From positions 288,001 to 352,000 of the forward strand of contig CAWBHS010000060.1 in the NCBI GenBank assembly GCA_963788655.1: a DNA stretch of 64,000 nt, in the 5' to 3' direction. This document shows, piece after piece, positions 8,954-19,563 of the stretch. The notes beneath the pieces were generated by a model that saw nothing but the letters and a program-made list of their open reading frames with translations, did not search any database and was not told where the DNA came from. The position numbers and the translations under genes are program-made. Each line of letters opens with the position of its first letter. Position 1 is the stretch's first letter. This stretch comes from an uncultured Verrucomicrobiae bacterium. GTDB taxonomy: Bacteria; Verrucomicrobiota; Verrucomicrobiia; Limisphaerales; JAFGQR01.

Positions 8954-9983
8954 ATGCCCGCCACGCTACCAACTCCGCTTTATACGGCCGGGCACGGTCA
9001 AGCCTTCGTCGGTGATTCGCTCGACCTTTTGCCGCGCTTGCCTGCCGACTCCGTGGACCTCGTCATCACCTCACCGCCATTCGCACTCCAGCGCCAGAAA
9101 GAATACGGCAACGCAACCGAGGGTGCCCACGTGGACTGGCTGCTCCAGTTCGCCGACCCCATCAAACGCGTGCTCAAGCCCACCGGGAGCTTCGTGCTTG
9201 ATCTCGGTGGCGCGTACCAGAGTGGACGCCCGGTGCGTTCCCTCTACAACTTTCGCGTCATGCTCCGCCTCTGCGACGAGTACGACTTTCGGCTCGCCGA
9301 AGAATTCTTCTGGCACAACCCCGCCAAACTCCCGTCGCCGATCGAGTGGGTGAACAAGCGCAAAATCCGTGCAAAGGACTCCGTGAATACTATCTGGTGG
9401 TTCGCAAAAACCGATTTTCCAAAAGCCGATGTGCGCCGCGTGCTCGCGCCCTACTCCGAGCGGATGAAGAAACTGCTGAAAGACGCCGAGAGCTTCTATC
9501 GCCCCAAACTCCGCCCGTCCGGCCACGATATCAGCCGGCGCTTCGCGGACAACAATGGCGGGGCCATTCCGTCGAACCTGCTGCAAATCCCGAATACCGA
9601 GAGCAACTCGGCTTACCAGCGCCACTGCGCCAGCGTGGGCGTGAAGCCCCATCCGGCGCGCTTTCCGGAGAAGTTGCCGACGTTCTTCATCGAATTCCTC
9701 ACCGAGCCCGGCGACACCGTGCTGGACATCTTTGCCGGCTCCAACACCACCGGTAGCGCGGCGGAGAAACTCGACCGGCGCTGGATGGCCTTGGAGAACG
9801 AACCGCACCTACCTGGCCGCCTCCGCCTTCCGTTTCGTGGACGAACTGCCGTCGGAAGAACTCGCCGCGCTCTGGAACCGGCTGCACTCGGACGATTTAC
9901 CGGTGGAAGTGAATCGGCAGCAGCGGGAGTTGGTGCTGAAAGACAAGTCCTCGCCGTATGCGACAAAACGCAAACGAAAATAA
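8954..9983 (+). CDS. N4-cytosine DNA methyltransferase, M.PvuII-like, frameshift near 9800
   Basis: TSPPFALQRQKEYGN, NPAKLPSPIEWVNKRKIR, HPARFP, DIFAGSNTTG. The C-terminal YLAASAFRF is in ORF 9732..9983. Confidence 0.9.
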
Positions 9984-10024
9984 CCTGGGACATTCTGGCC
10001 GGGCATTTAATTGATTCTTCAACA

Positions 10025-10188
10025 ATGGAAAGCATACCACAGAGTTCCTCGCAGACGGATTTGTTCGCCAGCACCCCATTCGCGTTCGGTCCTGGATTCC
10101 TTCGCGACCACGCCGGCCATATCATGACTGAACCTCGCATCGCTGTCGTGGAGTTGATCGCGAATGCCTACGATGCGGGTGCAACGCA
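10025..10188 (+). pseudogene. N-terminal relic of a GHKL/MORC-type ATPase
   Basis: [16 protein letters not shown] (ExxxNxxDA box), then an abrupt fusion to an unrelated fragment. Confidence 0.7.
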
Positions 10189-10189
10189 T

Positions 10190-10451
10190 TGCCGACTGCC
10201 ATCCGACGCCGGAGAATTACCAGCATGTGTATCTCTTCCGCGTCCCCACCGGATCGTTCATCCCCGTCGCAAAAATGAAAAACACGGCGTCCAAAGGAAA
10301 TTTCCACGTGGACCTTCACATCCAGCCCAGCGGCGACAGTCGCACGGTGTGCTGGGATTCATCGGTCAGCGGCGGCCGTCAGGTGTATATCGCGGATGTC
10401 GGCTACATCCTGGACCACCCGCCCGCCGGCAAGAATCCAAGCGGAACTTAG
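10190..10451 (+). pseudogene. C-terminal relic of the TolB-like gene, copy C
   Basis: [15 protein letters not shown]...[39 protein letters not shown]. Confidence 0.6.
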
Positions 10452-10466
10452 ACACACTCCCGCACC

Positions 10467-10751
10467 ATGATATGGATCCCTCCATCCGACCTCCAACTCA
10501 TGCTCCTGTACGCCCGCCTGACGGACTGCCAGATCTCCCTCGACCTGACCGCCGCAGCCGAAGAATACATCGCTCGCGAAGGCTACGACCCGGTCTATGG
10601 CGCCCGTCCGCTGAAACGTTTTCTCCGACTCCTCCTCGAAAGCCCTCTGTCCCGCCATTGTATCTCCGGCGAGATCAACGATCACAGCCGCGTGACGGTG
10701 GAGTTGAAGAAAGGGGCACTGCTGTTTGAGACGGAAGCGGGGAAGAAGTGA
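10467..10751 (+). pseudogene. hsdM-like start (MIWIPPSD) fused to a ClpB C-terminal D2-small domain
   Basis: DLQL..L..RL, EGYDPVYGARPLKRFL, LESPLSR..ISGEI are ClpB C-terminal motifs. The rest of ClpB is absent. Confidence 0.8.
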
Positions 10752-10782
10752 CTGATCCCAAACACTTGCGAAACCCTCCAAA

Positions 10783-12313
10783 ATGATTGGCTACCAGACC
10801 TACTGTGAAATCAAGGCCTTGCATTCGAGCCAGCACCTACGGGCTTCACAAATCGCTCGTCGACTGTCTTTGTGTCCAAAGACGGTCAGGAAGTGGCTCT
10901 CCAAAAAACGATACGAACAGCCACGGCAGCCCCCGAAGTTAAGTTTCCTCGACCCTTACAAGACTGCCATCGCGCTCGAAATGTCGTTTGGCCAGTGCAG
11001 CGCAAAGTCAGTTTATCGGTGGCTCAAAGCCGCCGGCTATCGAGGCGGTTACACCATTCTCAATGTCTTCATCAGGCGGCTGAGGCCACCGAAATCGTCA
11101 TGTCGAAACTTGGTGTTGCCTGTTCAATGGATGCTACAGGTAATGCAAGGCAAAACCAGTTGCGCCTCATTACTTCAGCAAATCGAAAACAGTGGCGCGC
11201 GTGAAGACCTTGGGCTGCTGCTTCAGCGCGCGAGAAAGTGTGCGCTCAGAGATCGGAACCGTGCCGTCTGCGTGCTTGCTGGGCTGAGAGGCATTGGAGT
11301 TCCAATTATTGCGCGATTCCTGATGATAAGCCGGCGCACAGTCGCACATAATCTCATTCTCTATCGTGCCGGCGGTCTCGACCGTCTCTTCGGATTTCGA
11401 ACAGGGCGGATAAGAAAGTCCGCACAACCAAAGTACAAAAGAAGCCGTTTTTGCGATCCTCCATTCTCCTCCCAGTGAACACGGCATTAACCGAACAACT
11501 TGGACGATGGATGCTTTGCATCAAGTCATGCAACGGGATGGCCATAAACTCGACAAAGCGGGAATCAGGGAGATTATCAAGAGGGCGGGCTTTCGGTTCC
11601 GGACAGCCAAGAAAGTACCTGACCAGCAATGATCCCGGTCCAGGACCAAACTTCAGGAAATAACCAGCATTCTGCGGAATCTGCAACCCGGTGAGAAGTT
11701 CTTTTCGGTCGATGAATACGGCCCGTTTGCGGTAAAGATTCAGGGAGGACGAAGCCTGATGGGGCCAGGGGAGACGAAGACAGTGCCCCAGTATCAGAAG
11801 AGTAAGGGCAGCCTGATTCTGACCGCAGCCCTGGAGTTGTCGGAAAACCAGGTGACGCACTTCTACTCCGACCGAAAGAACACGGACGAGATGCTCAAGC
11901 TATTGGAGTTGCTGTTGGAGCAATACACTGACCAGGCTTGCATCTACTTTTCCTGGGATGCGGCTTCCTGGCATGCCTCCAAGAAGCTCTACAAACGAGT
12001 CGAGCAGATCAACTCGTCCGAGTATCAGGCCAGCCACAAGGTGCCGATGGTCAGGCTCGCCCCACTGCCGTCCTGTGCCCAATTTCTGAATGTGATCGAA
12101 TCCGTGTTCAGCGGCATGGCCAGGGCGATCATCCACAACAGCGATTACCCATCGGTGGACGCCTGCAAAGCCGCAATCGACCGCCACTTCGAGGAGCGGA
12201 ACCAGCACTTCAAGGCACATCCGAAGCGAGCCGGCGACAAGATTTGGGGCAAGGAGCTTGTCCCGCCCGAGTTCAGCGAATCCAACAACTGCAAGGACCC
12301 TCGCTACCGCTGA
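10783..12313 (+). mobile_element. IS630-family transposase with an IstA(IS21)-like N-terminus, several frameshifts
   Basis: FFSVDEYGPF, WDAASWH, AQFLNVIESVF DDE motifs. N-terminal SQIARRL..KTVRKWL..LDPYK..GYRGGYTIL. Confidence 0.85.
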
Positions 12314-12410
12314 GGACTTCAATGATCAGCGGCAGATTGCCTCGGTCGGCTCGCTCACGGCGGATTGGGAGAGAATTCCCCGTACGAATTCACGCCTTGA
12401 ACCCTGAACC

Positions 12411-12483
12411 GTAGCAGCGGACGTCAGGAGGCTCTGATCTTTTTCGTCGGAAGTAGAATGAGCCTCCTGACGTTGGCTGCTAC
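12411..12483. repeat. GTAG-family REP doublet
   Basis: GTAGCAGCGGACGTCAGGAGGCTC ... GAGCCTCCTGACGTTGGCTGCTAC. Same family as 20885-20954. Confidence 0.8.
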
Positions 12484-12539
12484 CATGTTCGTGGGGGCGG
12501 TTCATGCCGGACATCGCCCCGTTGGGGCAAACATTCGCC

Positions 12540-12745
12540 TCACCGGGCGTCTTTCTGAAAAACTTGCGTGGCGGTTTTGAGGAACAAGTCGCGGGCGGCC
12601 CATTGGTCGGGGCCGGGGCATTGCACCATGAAGACGGCCACCATTCCGTTGGTCGGGTTCACGGACAAATCGGTGCCATAGGCGCCGTCGTGGTCAAACT
12701 GGCCGTTGCGCAGATGATAGCCAAAAGCATTCTGCCCATTTGGTG
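12540..12745 (-). pseudogene. C-terminal relic of a beta-lactamase-family serine hydrolase
   Basis: FDHDGAYGTDLSVNPTNGMVAVFMVQ resembles the class C-like C-terminal motif. N-terminus missing. Confidence 0.55.
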
Positions 12746-12918
12746 ACATTGGGAGCATCCCGGCCACGCGATGCAAGTCGATGGTCTGCTGTTGTTAGAC
12801 ATGCGGGACGCCTGTCCTACGGGATCGTTACGGCATCATGAATTCGCCCGGGCGCCCTCCCCTGCCCCACGAATTTGATTTGCCCAATACCAAATCCCGC
12901 TATGCTCTCCGAAGAACA

Positions 12919-13786
12919 ATGAAGAGTATCAATCTTGGCAACCAATGGCGGATCAAGGGGCTGCTGCTCCTGTTGGCCCTGGCAACCTGGCTTCCGGCCG
13001 TACCTGCAGGCGGCGGACCAACCGGTGCGCATTGCGCTGATGTCGGACACCCACATCACGCGGGGGACCAACGAATCACAACCATTTCACCAAGGGCGTT
13101 TTGACCGGGCCATCGCCGCGGTGAACGCGGCCCACGTGGATTTGGTGCTGATCGCTGGTGACCTGACGGAAAATGGCAACCGCACTGAACTGCGGGATTT
13201 CCGCCGGCAACTGCGCAAGCTGGCGGCTCCGGTGTGGTACGTGCCCGGTAACCACGACATCGGCGGCAAACTCATTCCCGGCAAGACCAACAAGAACGAC
13301 ATCACCCACCAGCGCCTCCGCGGCTTTGAACGACGCATGGGCCCGTCCTGGTTCGTCCGCGTGCAGAAGGACGTTCGGGTCGTGGGTGTCAATGGCTCTT
13401 TGCTGGGCAGCGGCTTTGCGGAAGAAGCAGCCATGTGGACGACTCTCAGCAACGCCCTGGCCACCCCCACCAACCTGCCGACGCTGCTGTTGATCCACTA
13501 TCCACTGTTTACGGAAAAACTGGACGAACCGGGGGGCGTGTATTGGAACGTTGAACCGGGGCCACGCCAGCGGTTGCTTGCCTTGATCCATCGCGGGGGA
13601 GTTCGCGCCGTGCTGTCCGGCCATTTGCACCGGGAAATCCTGCACCGCCAGGACGGCATCTTGTGGGTCACCACGCCGCCGGTTTCCTTTGCCCTGCCAC
13701 CCGACCGGCAGTATCGGGGTTGGACCCTGCTGACGGTCCCGCCGGAAGGCGAGGTAACCGCGGAGTTCCGGTATCTGATGGATTGA
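12919..13786 (+). CDS. Secreted metallophosphoesterase, frameshift near 13000
   Basis: SDTH, GDLT, PGNHD, HYP, SGHLH. The signal peptide lies in another frame from ATG 12919. Confidence 0.88.
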
Positions 13787-13929
13787 ATTGAGCGGCTCCG
13801 GTCATACGTCTATGATGCACGCGGTGATGCAGAAGCCTCCGCGACCGGAAATAAAAGCTGGCAACTTTTACCGGGAATGAATGTTGAGAACTAGGGAGCC
13901 GATGATAGACTGAACCACACGTCGCAATT

Positions 13930-15172
13930 ATGAGTAACCAAAACAATCGGGCGACCAACGGACGGGAAGACCCACCTGAACCTTCACGGAAGACCGTGCA
14001 GATCGCCATCGTCATTATGGCGGTGGCGGCCCTGGGCGCCTTTCTCCTGTTCAAACCCAAAGGCCCCGAAGCCGCCACCAATACTGAAACGAACCCGCCC
14101 ACTGTAGCCGTAAAGTCGCCGGCGCCCCCCTCCTCGAACACTGGCGGCGGCACTTGGACTCCGCCCAAGCCACCTCCGGTGACGGTGTCCGATCCAGTGG
14201 TGCCGACGATGCCTCCGCCAACGAACGTTCTCGTCCCGGTCCCGGCGCCGCCTGCCACCCCCGAAACCACCATGGCGTCGGAAGCCGTGCGGAAGCAATT
14301 GACCGATCTCGCCCAATTGGACCTGACCCAGGGAGAAGTGTCCGCCGACAAACTGACGGCCGCCGCCCAATCGCTTCAGGGCATTCTGGCCCAGGGACAA
14401 AGTGCCTTTGTCAGCGCAACCAGCCAAATGTCTCCGGCCGAAATCGAGCGATTGACCCTAAACATGAGCGCACTGGCCCCGGATCAGTTCCGGCCGTTCG
14501 CGGTGGCCGCCGCCAGCGCCGCGCTCAATGCCGCCACCCAAAGCCAGAACAAGGAAGACGTGGGCGCGCTGTTCCGGGTGTTGGAAGAGCATGGCGGTCC
14601 GGAAGTGGCGCCGCAATTGGAGAGCATGGCCCAGAATTGGAAATACTATTCAACCATTGCCCTGGCCAACCTGCCGGATGGCGCCGGCGTTCCCTCCCTC
14701 ATCCGGATGATCGGCGATGCCAACAATCCGTCGCCCAGCAGCCGAAACGCGGCGTTGCAGGCATTGGCGCAGGTGGCTCCCACTTCACCGGAAGCGATGG
14801 CCGTGCTCCAGGACCAGGCCAAGGCGAACACCATCCCGTTCACCACCTGGATCAATATTGCCTCCGGTACTGGGCGGACATGATTATCAAATCGGTGCCA
14901 TGTCACCGGACCAATTGCCGCCGGAATTGGCCGGCGCCAATATGAAATCCTGGCACCTCGAGATGACCAAGGAAGATTTCTACAGCACGGTCAATCCGGT
15001 CAACCTGACGCCGGATGAAATCAGTCAACGGCAACAAATCATTTCCGATTTAAAGCAGGTCACCGGTGATCCCGAGGTGCTGAAACTGTTGGATCAATCC
15101 GCCAGCTCACTGCTGAATCGGACCACCGCACCGCAAACGCCGGCAGGGCAACCCACCGAACCCGGCCGTTAG
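13930..15172 (+). CDS. Membrane-anchored hypothetical protein (Pro/Thr linker, HEAT-like helices), frameshift near 14870
   Basis: One N-terminal TM segment, Pro-rich spacer, helical repeats. Continues in ORF 14717..15172. Confidence 0.7.
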
Positions 15173-15613
15173 CAGCCAAGGTAAGTCCCCATCAATTGCA
15201 TCCCCCCACTGAGGATCAGCAGGTGCCTTCTTTGATTTGCACAAACGTCCACGCATTCCGGGAGTAAGCGGGGGAATACGCTCAGGGCGCATTGGGTCCG
15301 CCTCCACACATCGGTGGTTACGGCGAGTGCGAGAGCGAACAAAAGCTTCCATCCGCTGCCAGCTCTCATGACAATGCCAGGCCGTATGGGATTGTCATGC
15401 AATCGAAGTGCGTTACTGATGCGGCTGCGGAACGGGTTGCGGTCTTTGGTAGCGCCGATATTTAAATCTCCGTATCGCCGAATTGTATTCGGCAGGCCGT
15501 CCGAAACGTCCAATCCCGCCGGGATCGGTATAACTCCCGGCAGAGTGCAAAGCTGCGCTACAGCAAAGTGCAACTCTGCACTACCGGCCCAGCGCCATGC
15601 CGTGGTTGCACTT

Positions 15614-16090
15614 ATGGATCAGGTAGCCAACCGCGGGAGCGCCGCAATCTTGGCGGGACTTTTGGCGTTGGCCACCGGATGTTGCACCGCCGGCAAGCTC
15701 GCGCCGATTTCGGTCTCTGGCCCTGGCTGGCAGATTCGGCAGGGGCAGGCGGTATGGACACCAAGCCGTGATCAAACTGGTTTAGGGGGCGAGTTGTTGG
15801 TGGCCAGTCATCAAAGTGGAATCTACGTCTTCGACTTTGAAAAAACACCCTTGCCGGTGACCAAGGGACAGGTCACTTCCACCAACTGGCTCATTCAGTT
15901 TCCGGCGCAAAAGCGCAGCTTGGGCAGCCGTGGCCCGCCACCCGCGCGGTTCGCCTGGCTGTATTTGGGAGCGGCGTTGCAGGATCAACCGCTGCCCAAG
16001 CCGCTGCGGTTCGAGCGCGAACCGGAGGGCCGATGGCGCTTGGAAAACACCCGCTCCGGCGAAACCATTGAAGGATTCCTCACGCCGTGA
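15614..16090 (+). CDS. Putative lipoprotein, first gene of the lipid cluster
   Basis: Lipobox-like LLALATGC. Stop overlaps the MMPL start. Confidence 0.7.
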   Translation: MDQVANRGSAAILAGLLALATGCCTAGKLAPISVSGPGWQIRQGQAVWTPSRDQTGLGGELLVASHQSGIYVFDFEKTPLPVTKGQVTSTNWLIQFPAQKRSLGSRGPPPARFAWLYLGAALQDQPLPKPLRFEREPEGRWRLENTRSGETIEGFLTP

Positions 16091-19000
16091 TGCGTTGGTT
16101 GACGAAATGGTGGTGGCTGGTGCTGGCGGTGCTGGTCGTGCTGGGATTCAGCCGGCTGCGTTTTAATGTCGAGGTGCTCGACTTGCTGCCGTCCGACCTG
16201 CCCAGCGTGCAGGGACTGAAACTCTACCAGGAACATTTCGCCAATGCCCGCGAATTGATCATCACTTTGCGCGCGCCCACTGCCGAAACCGCCGAAGCGT
16301 TGACCGAGGCACTGGCGATCCGGCTGCAGCGGCAAACAAATTTAGTAACTGAAGTCACCTGGCAATCGCCCTGGATGGCGCACCCCGATCAAGCCGCTGA
16401 GCTGGTTGCTTATTTGTGGTTCAATCAACCGCCAAAAGTCTTCGAATCCTTGACCAATCGGCTGGCGCCCGATCAACGCGGCGCGGTACTCGCCGAGGCG
16501 CGCGAACAGTTGGCGACATCCCTATCGCCCATGAACATCGCCCGGCGGGCATTTGATCCGTACGATCTGCTGACGCTGCCAACGTTGACGAATTTCAGTG
16601 GCGGGTATCCAGAGCAAGGGCAACAGACCTTCAGTTCGGCCGATGGGACCTTTCGTATCCTATTTGTCCAGGCGCGTCCGGCTTTGGCAGGCTATCGTGC
16701 TTGCGCCGATTGGTTGGCGAAGATGCGACGGACAGTCGCGGAGACGCAGGCGCAGAAATTGGAATGGCGCGAAACGACTGTTCGCTACACAGGGAGGCCG
16801 GTGTTTGTGGCCGAGATTGCTTCGAGCATGCAACGCGACTTGAGCCGGTCGGTGGCCGGAGTAGCCGCGATCATTGCGGGGTTGTTCTGGCTGATGCACC
16901 GGCGCTGGCTTCCGATGCTATGGTTGCTGTGTCTGTTGGGGCTGATCCTCGCGGCAACGTTGGGATTGGGCGGCTTGCTCTTTGGAACGATCAATGTGGT
17001 CAGCATGGGCTTTGCCGCCGTGCTGCTCGGGCTGGCGGTGGATTACGCGGTGGTTCATTACCAGGAAGCCCTCGCGCATCCGCAACTGAGCGTGCCCGAA
17101 GTCCGCCGCCTCATTTCGCCCAGTATCATTTGGGCGGCACTGACGACGATTGCCGCGTTTCTGGTGCTTAACCTTGGTGGTTTGCCCGGCTTGGCGCAAC
17201 TGGGCACTTTGGTGGCCATCGGCATCAGCCTGGCCGCGCTGGTGATGGTGGTGGCGTTTCTGCCGCTGCTATTTCCAGAACGCCGGCATCTGCCGCCCGG
17301 CCGCCCCCCCTTCCCATGGCGAGGATTCTTATTTGCCCCACCGCCGCCGCCAGTCGTGGGGACCGCCACTCCGCCGATGCGATATGTCTGGGGTGCGCTG
17401 TGGGTGACGGGCCTCGTGGTCTTGGCGGCCGTGCTGGTGATACTGGCGCGAGGTCTGCCCGGCGTTGACCGTTCAGGGGATGCGCTACGCCCCCAACACA
17501 GCGAAGCGGAATCCGCGCTCAAGGAAGTCGCGGCCGCGGTGGGCGTGCCGCAAGAGCCGCTCTGGACAATTGCGACGGGAACCAACGTGCCGGCCGTTTC
17601 CAAGCGGCTCGACCAGGAAGCGGCGTTGTTGGCGCAGGCTCGTTCGAAAGGAGTCATCAATGATTACGTGATTCCTGCCGCACTGTGGCCGCAAGTAACC
17701 AACCAAGACGCCAATCGTCCCACGGCGCTTTGGTTGGCCGGCCAGGAGGTGGCGTTGCGGGATGCGGCTTTGCGCGCAGGTTTCAAAACGAATGCGCTGT
17801 TGCTCACCGACGAACTGTTACGCACCTGGCGGCGATTGGGAAACGGTTCCGGCGTCCAATGGCCCACCAACCAGATGAGCCAATGGTTGTTGAAACGTTT
17901 TGTCGCCAATGCGACCAACCAATGGCTGGCCTTGGGTCTGGTGTATCCCGCCACCAATCACACGACCGGCACCGCCTTGGTTCAATTGGCCGCCGAGTTC
18001 AAAGCCAATCATCTTGCGTTGTCGGGCTGGCCGCTGTTGGGAACGGCTACACTGGAGCGGGTGAAGGGACGATTGGGATTGGTGGTTTTCCCAATGGTGG
18101 GATTGGTGCTGGCGTCGTTGTGGCTGGCGTTTCGCAACGTGCGGGAAGTGTTGTTGAGCGTCTCGGTATTGCTCCTGGGCGGGCTGTGCGTGCTGACGCT
18201 CATGGCGCTGAACGGCTGGTCTTGGAATCTGCTGAACTTGATGGCGTTGCCGCTGATCCTGGGCACCGGCGTCGATTACGGCATTTTTATTCAACTTGGT
18301 CTGCGTCGTCACCGCGGCGACGTGACCGTGGTACGACGTTCCATCGGTCGGGCGCTGTTGCTCTGCGGGGGCACGGCCATCGCCGGATTTGGCGGCCTGG
18401 CCTGGTCAGACAATTTGGGCATGGCCAGCCTGGGCAAGATCTGCGCCTCCGGCATCGCCGCCAACATGCTCATCTCGATTTACCTCTTGCCGGCCTGGTG
18501 GTGTCGGATTGCGGGTCGGGCGGAGACGCCGGCACACGGCGCATCAAACCACTCCGAGTTGCCGACTGAACCTTCGACTTTCTATCGGGCCTGGCTGTGG
18601 CGGCTGGGGCTGCTGATGACGCGCATGGCGCCGTTATGGTTGCTGCAAAAGTTCTGCCTGCTGTTGGCGGCGGGCTATTACCGGCTTAATGGACCACGGC
18701 GGCGCGTAGTGGTGGCCAATCTGTTGCCCGTGGTGAATGGCGATCAACGTCGCGCCGCAACGCTGGCGCGCCGGCTTTACCAACAGTTTGCGTTGAAGCT
18801 GCTGGATCTATGGCGCTACGAGAATGGCATTCACTCCGCCATCGAGTTTGGGGGGCGCATTGAAAATCAAACTGGCAACGCAGCCCAGCCCCGCGGAATG
18901 ATTCCAGGAACCGTTCCCTTCACCACGCTGATCGATACTCACCGCACGGGAAGAGGCGTCTTGCTCATCTCCCCGCATCTGGGCAATTGGGAGGCCGGTG

Positions 19001-19563
19001 CTTTGTTGTTCAAACGGCAGGGCATTCCGCTGCTGATCATAACTCAGGCGGAGCCGGGCAAAGGACTCACGGAAATGCGCCAGGATGCCCGCGAGCAATG
19101 GGGCATCGAAACGTTGGTGCTCCGCAACGACGCCTTTGCTTTCGTCGAGTTGATTCGGCGATTGCAGGAAGGAGCCGCCGTGGCCTTGCTGGTGGATCGT
19201 CCGCCGTCGCCCAGAGCGGTCGAGGTCGAACTGTTTCACCGGCCGTTTCAAGCTTCCATCGCCCCGGCCGAATTGGCCCGGGCAACCGGTTGTGCGCTCT
19301 TCGGTGGGCTGGTGGTGCGGGATGCGCAGGGAGGCTATGTGACCGGGTTGTTGCCGGAATTCCAATACGACCGCAAAAAGCTGGGCCATCACGAGGCCCG
19401 CCGCGAACTGACCCAACAAATCCTGCGTGCATTCGAGCCGTGGATTCGGCAGCATTTGGATCAATGGTTTCATTTTGTGCCGATATGGCCGCGCGCGACT
19501 GCCGTCCCGACGGAGAACAATGGCGGGCGGGATCGTTCCGCGGCGAAGTCCGCGCTCCGGTGA
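16090..19563 (+). CDS. MMPL/RND exporter fused to a lipid A-type lysophospholipid acyltransferase
   Basis: Two MMPL TM repeats (GLAVDY, GTGVDYGIF) followed by a domain with HLGNWE, LVDR and DQWFHFVPIW. Confidence 0.9.
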   Translation: MRWLTKWWWLVLAVLVVLGFSRLRFNVEVLDLLPSDLPSVQGLKLYQEHFANARELIITLRAPTAETAEALTEALAIRLQRQTNLVTEVTWQSPWMAHPDQAAELVAYLWFNQPPKVFESLTNRLAPDQRGAVLAEAREQLATSLSPMNIARRAFDPYDLLTLPTLTNFSGGYPEQGQQTFSSADGTFRILFVQARPALAGYRACADWLAKMRRTVAETQAQKLEWRETTVRYTGRPVFVAEIASSMQRDLSRSVAGVAAIIAGLFWLMHRRWLPMLWLLCLLGLILAATLGLGGLLFGTINVVSMGFAAVLLGLAVDYAVVHYQEALAHPQLSVPEVRRLISPSIIWAALTTIAAFLVLNLGGLPGLAQLGTLVAIGISLAALVMVVAFLPLLFPERRHLPPGRPPFPWRGFLFAPPPPPVVGTATPPMRYVWGALWVTGLVVLAAVLVILARGLPGVDRSGDALRPQHSEAESALKEVAAAVGVPQEPLWTIATGTNVPAVSKRLDQEAALLAQARSKGVINDYVIPAALWPQVTNQDANRPTALWLAGQEVALRDAALRAGFKTNALLLTDELLRTWRRLGNGSGVQWPTNQMSQWLLKRFVANATNQWLALGLVYPATNHTTGTALVQLAAEFKANHLALSGWPLLGTATLERVKGRLGLVVFPMVGLVLASLWLAFRNVREVLLSVSVLLLGGLCVLTLMALNGWSWNLLNLMALPLILGTGVDYGIFIQLGLRRHRGDVTVVRRSIGRALLLCGGTAIAGFGGLAWSDNLGMASLGKICASGIAANMLISIYLLPAWWCRIAGRAETPAHGASNHSELPTEPSTFYRAWLWRLGLLMTRMAPLWLLQKFCLLLAAGYYRLNGPRRRVVVANLLPVVNGDQRRAATLARRLYQQFALKLLDLWRYENGIHSAIEFGGRIENQTGNAAQPRGMIPGTVPFTTLIDTHRTGRGVLLISPHLGNWEAGALLFKRQGIPLLIITQAEPGKGLTEMRQDAREQWGIETLVLRNDAFAFVELIRRLQEGAAVALLVDRPPSPRAVEVELFHRPFQASIAPAELARATGCALFGGLVVRDAQGGYVTGLLPEFQYDRKKLGHHEARRELTQQILRAFEPWIRQHLDQWFHFVPIWPRATAVPTENNGGRDRSAAKSALR

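Noticed and set aside
7143..10490. CRISPR array or ncRNA repeat
   Set aside because: The repeats are long, irregularly spaced, diverged and translate as protein fragments. No cas genes are present.
8789..10729. Single 646-aa methyltransferase fusion protein as shown in the ORF track
   Set aside because: It is an artefact of a frameshift near 9800 that reads through the true MTase end into unrelated fragments.
11430..11445. Programmed -1 frameshift in the IS630 transposase
   Set aside because: Restoring the frame needs removal of one A, and further indels follow, which fits error or decay better.
15169..15600. Small gene or riboswitch upstream of the lipid cluster, including the CATGACAAT...ATTGTCATG palindrome near 15367-15399
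   Set aside because: No recognisable protein or riboswitch consensus. The palindrome alone is too weak to call.
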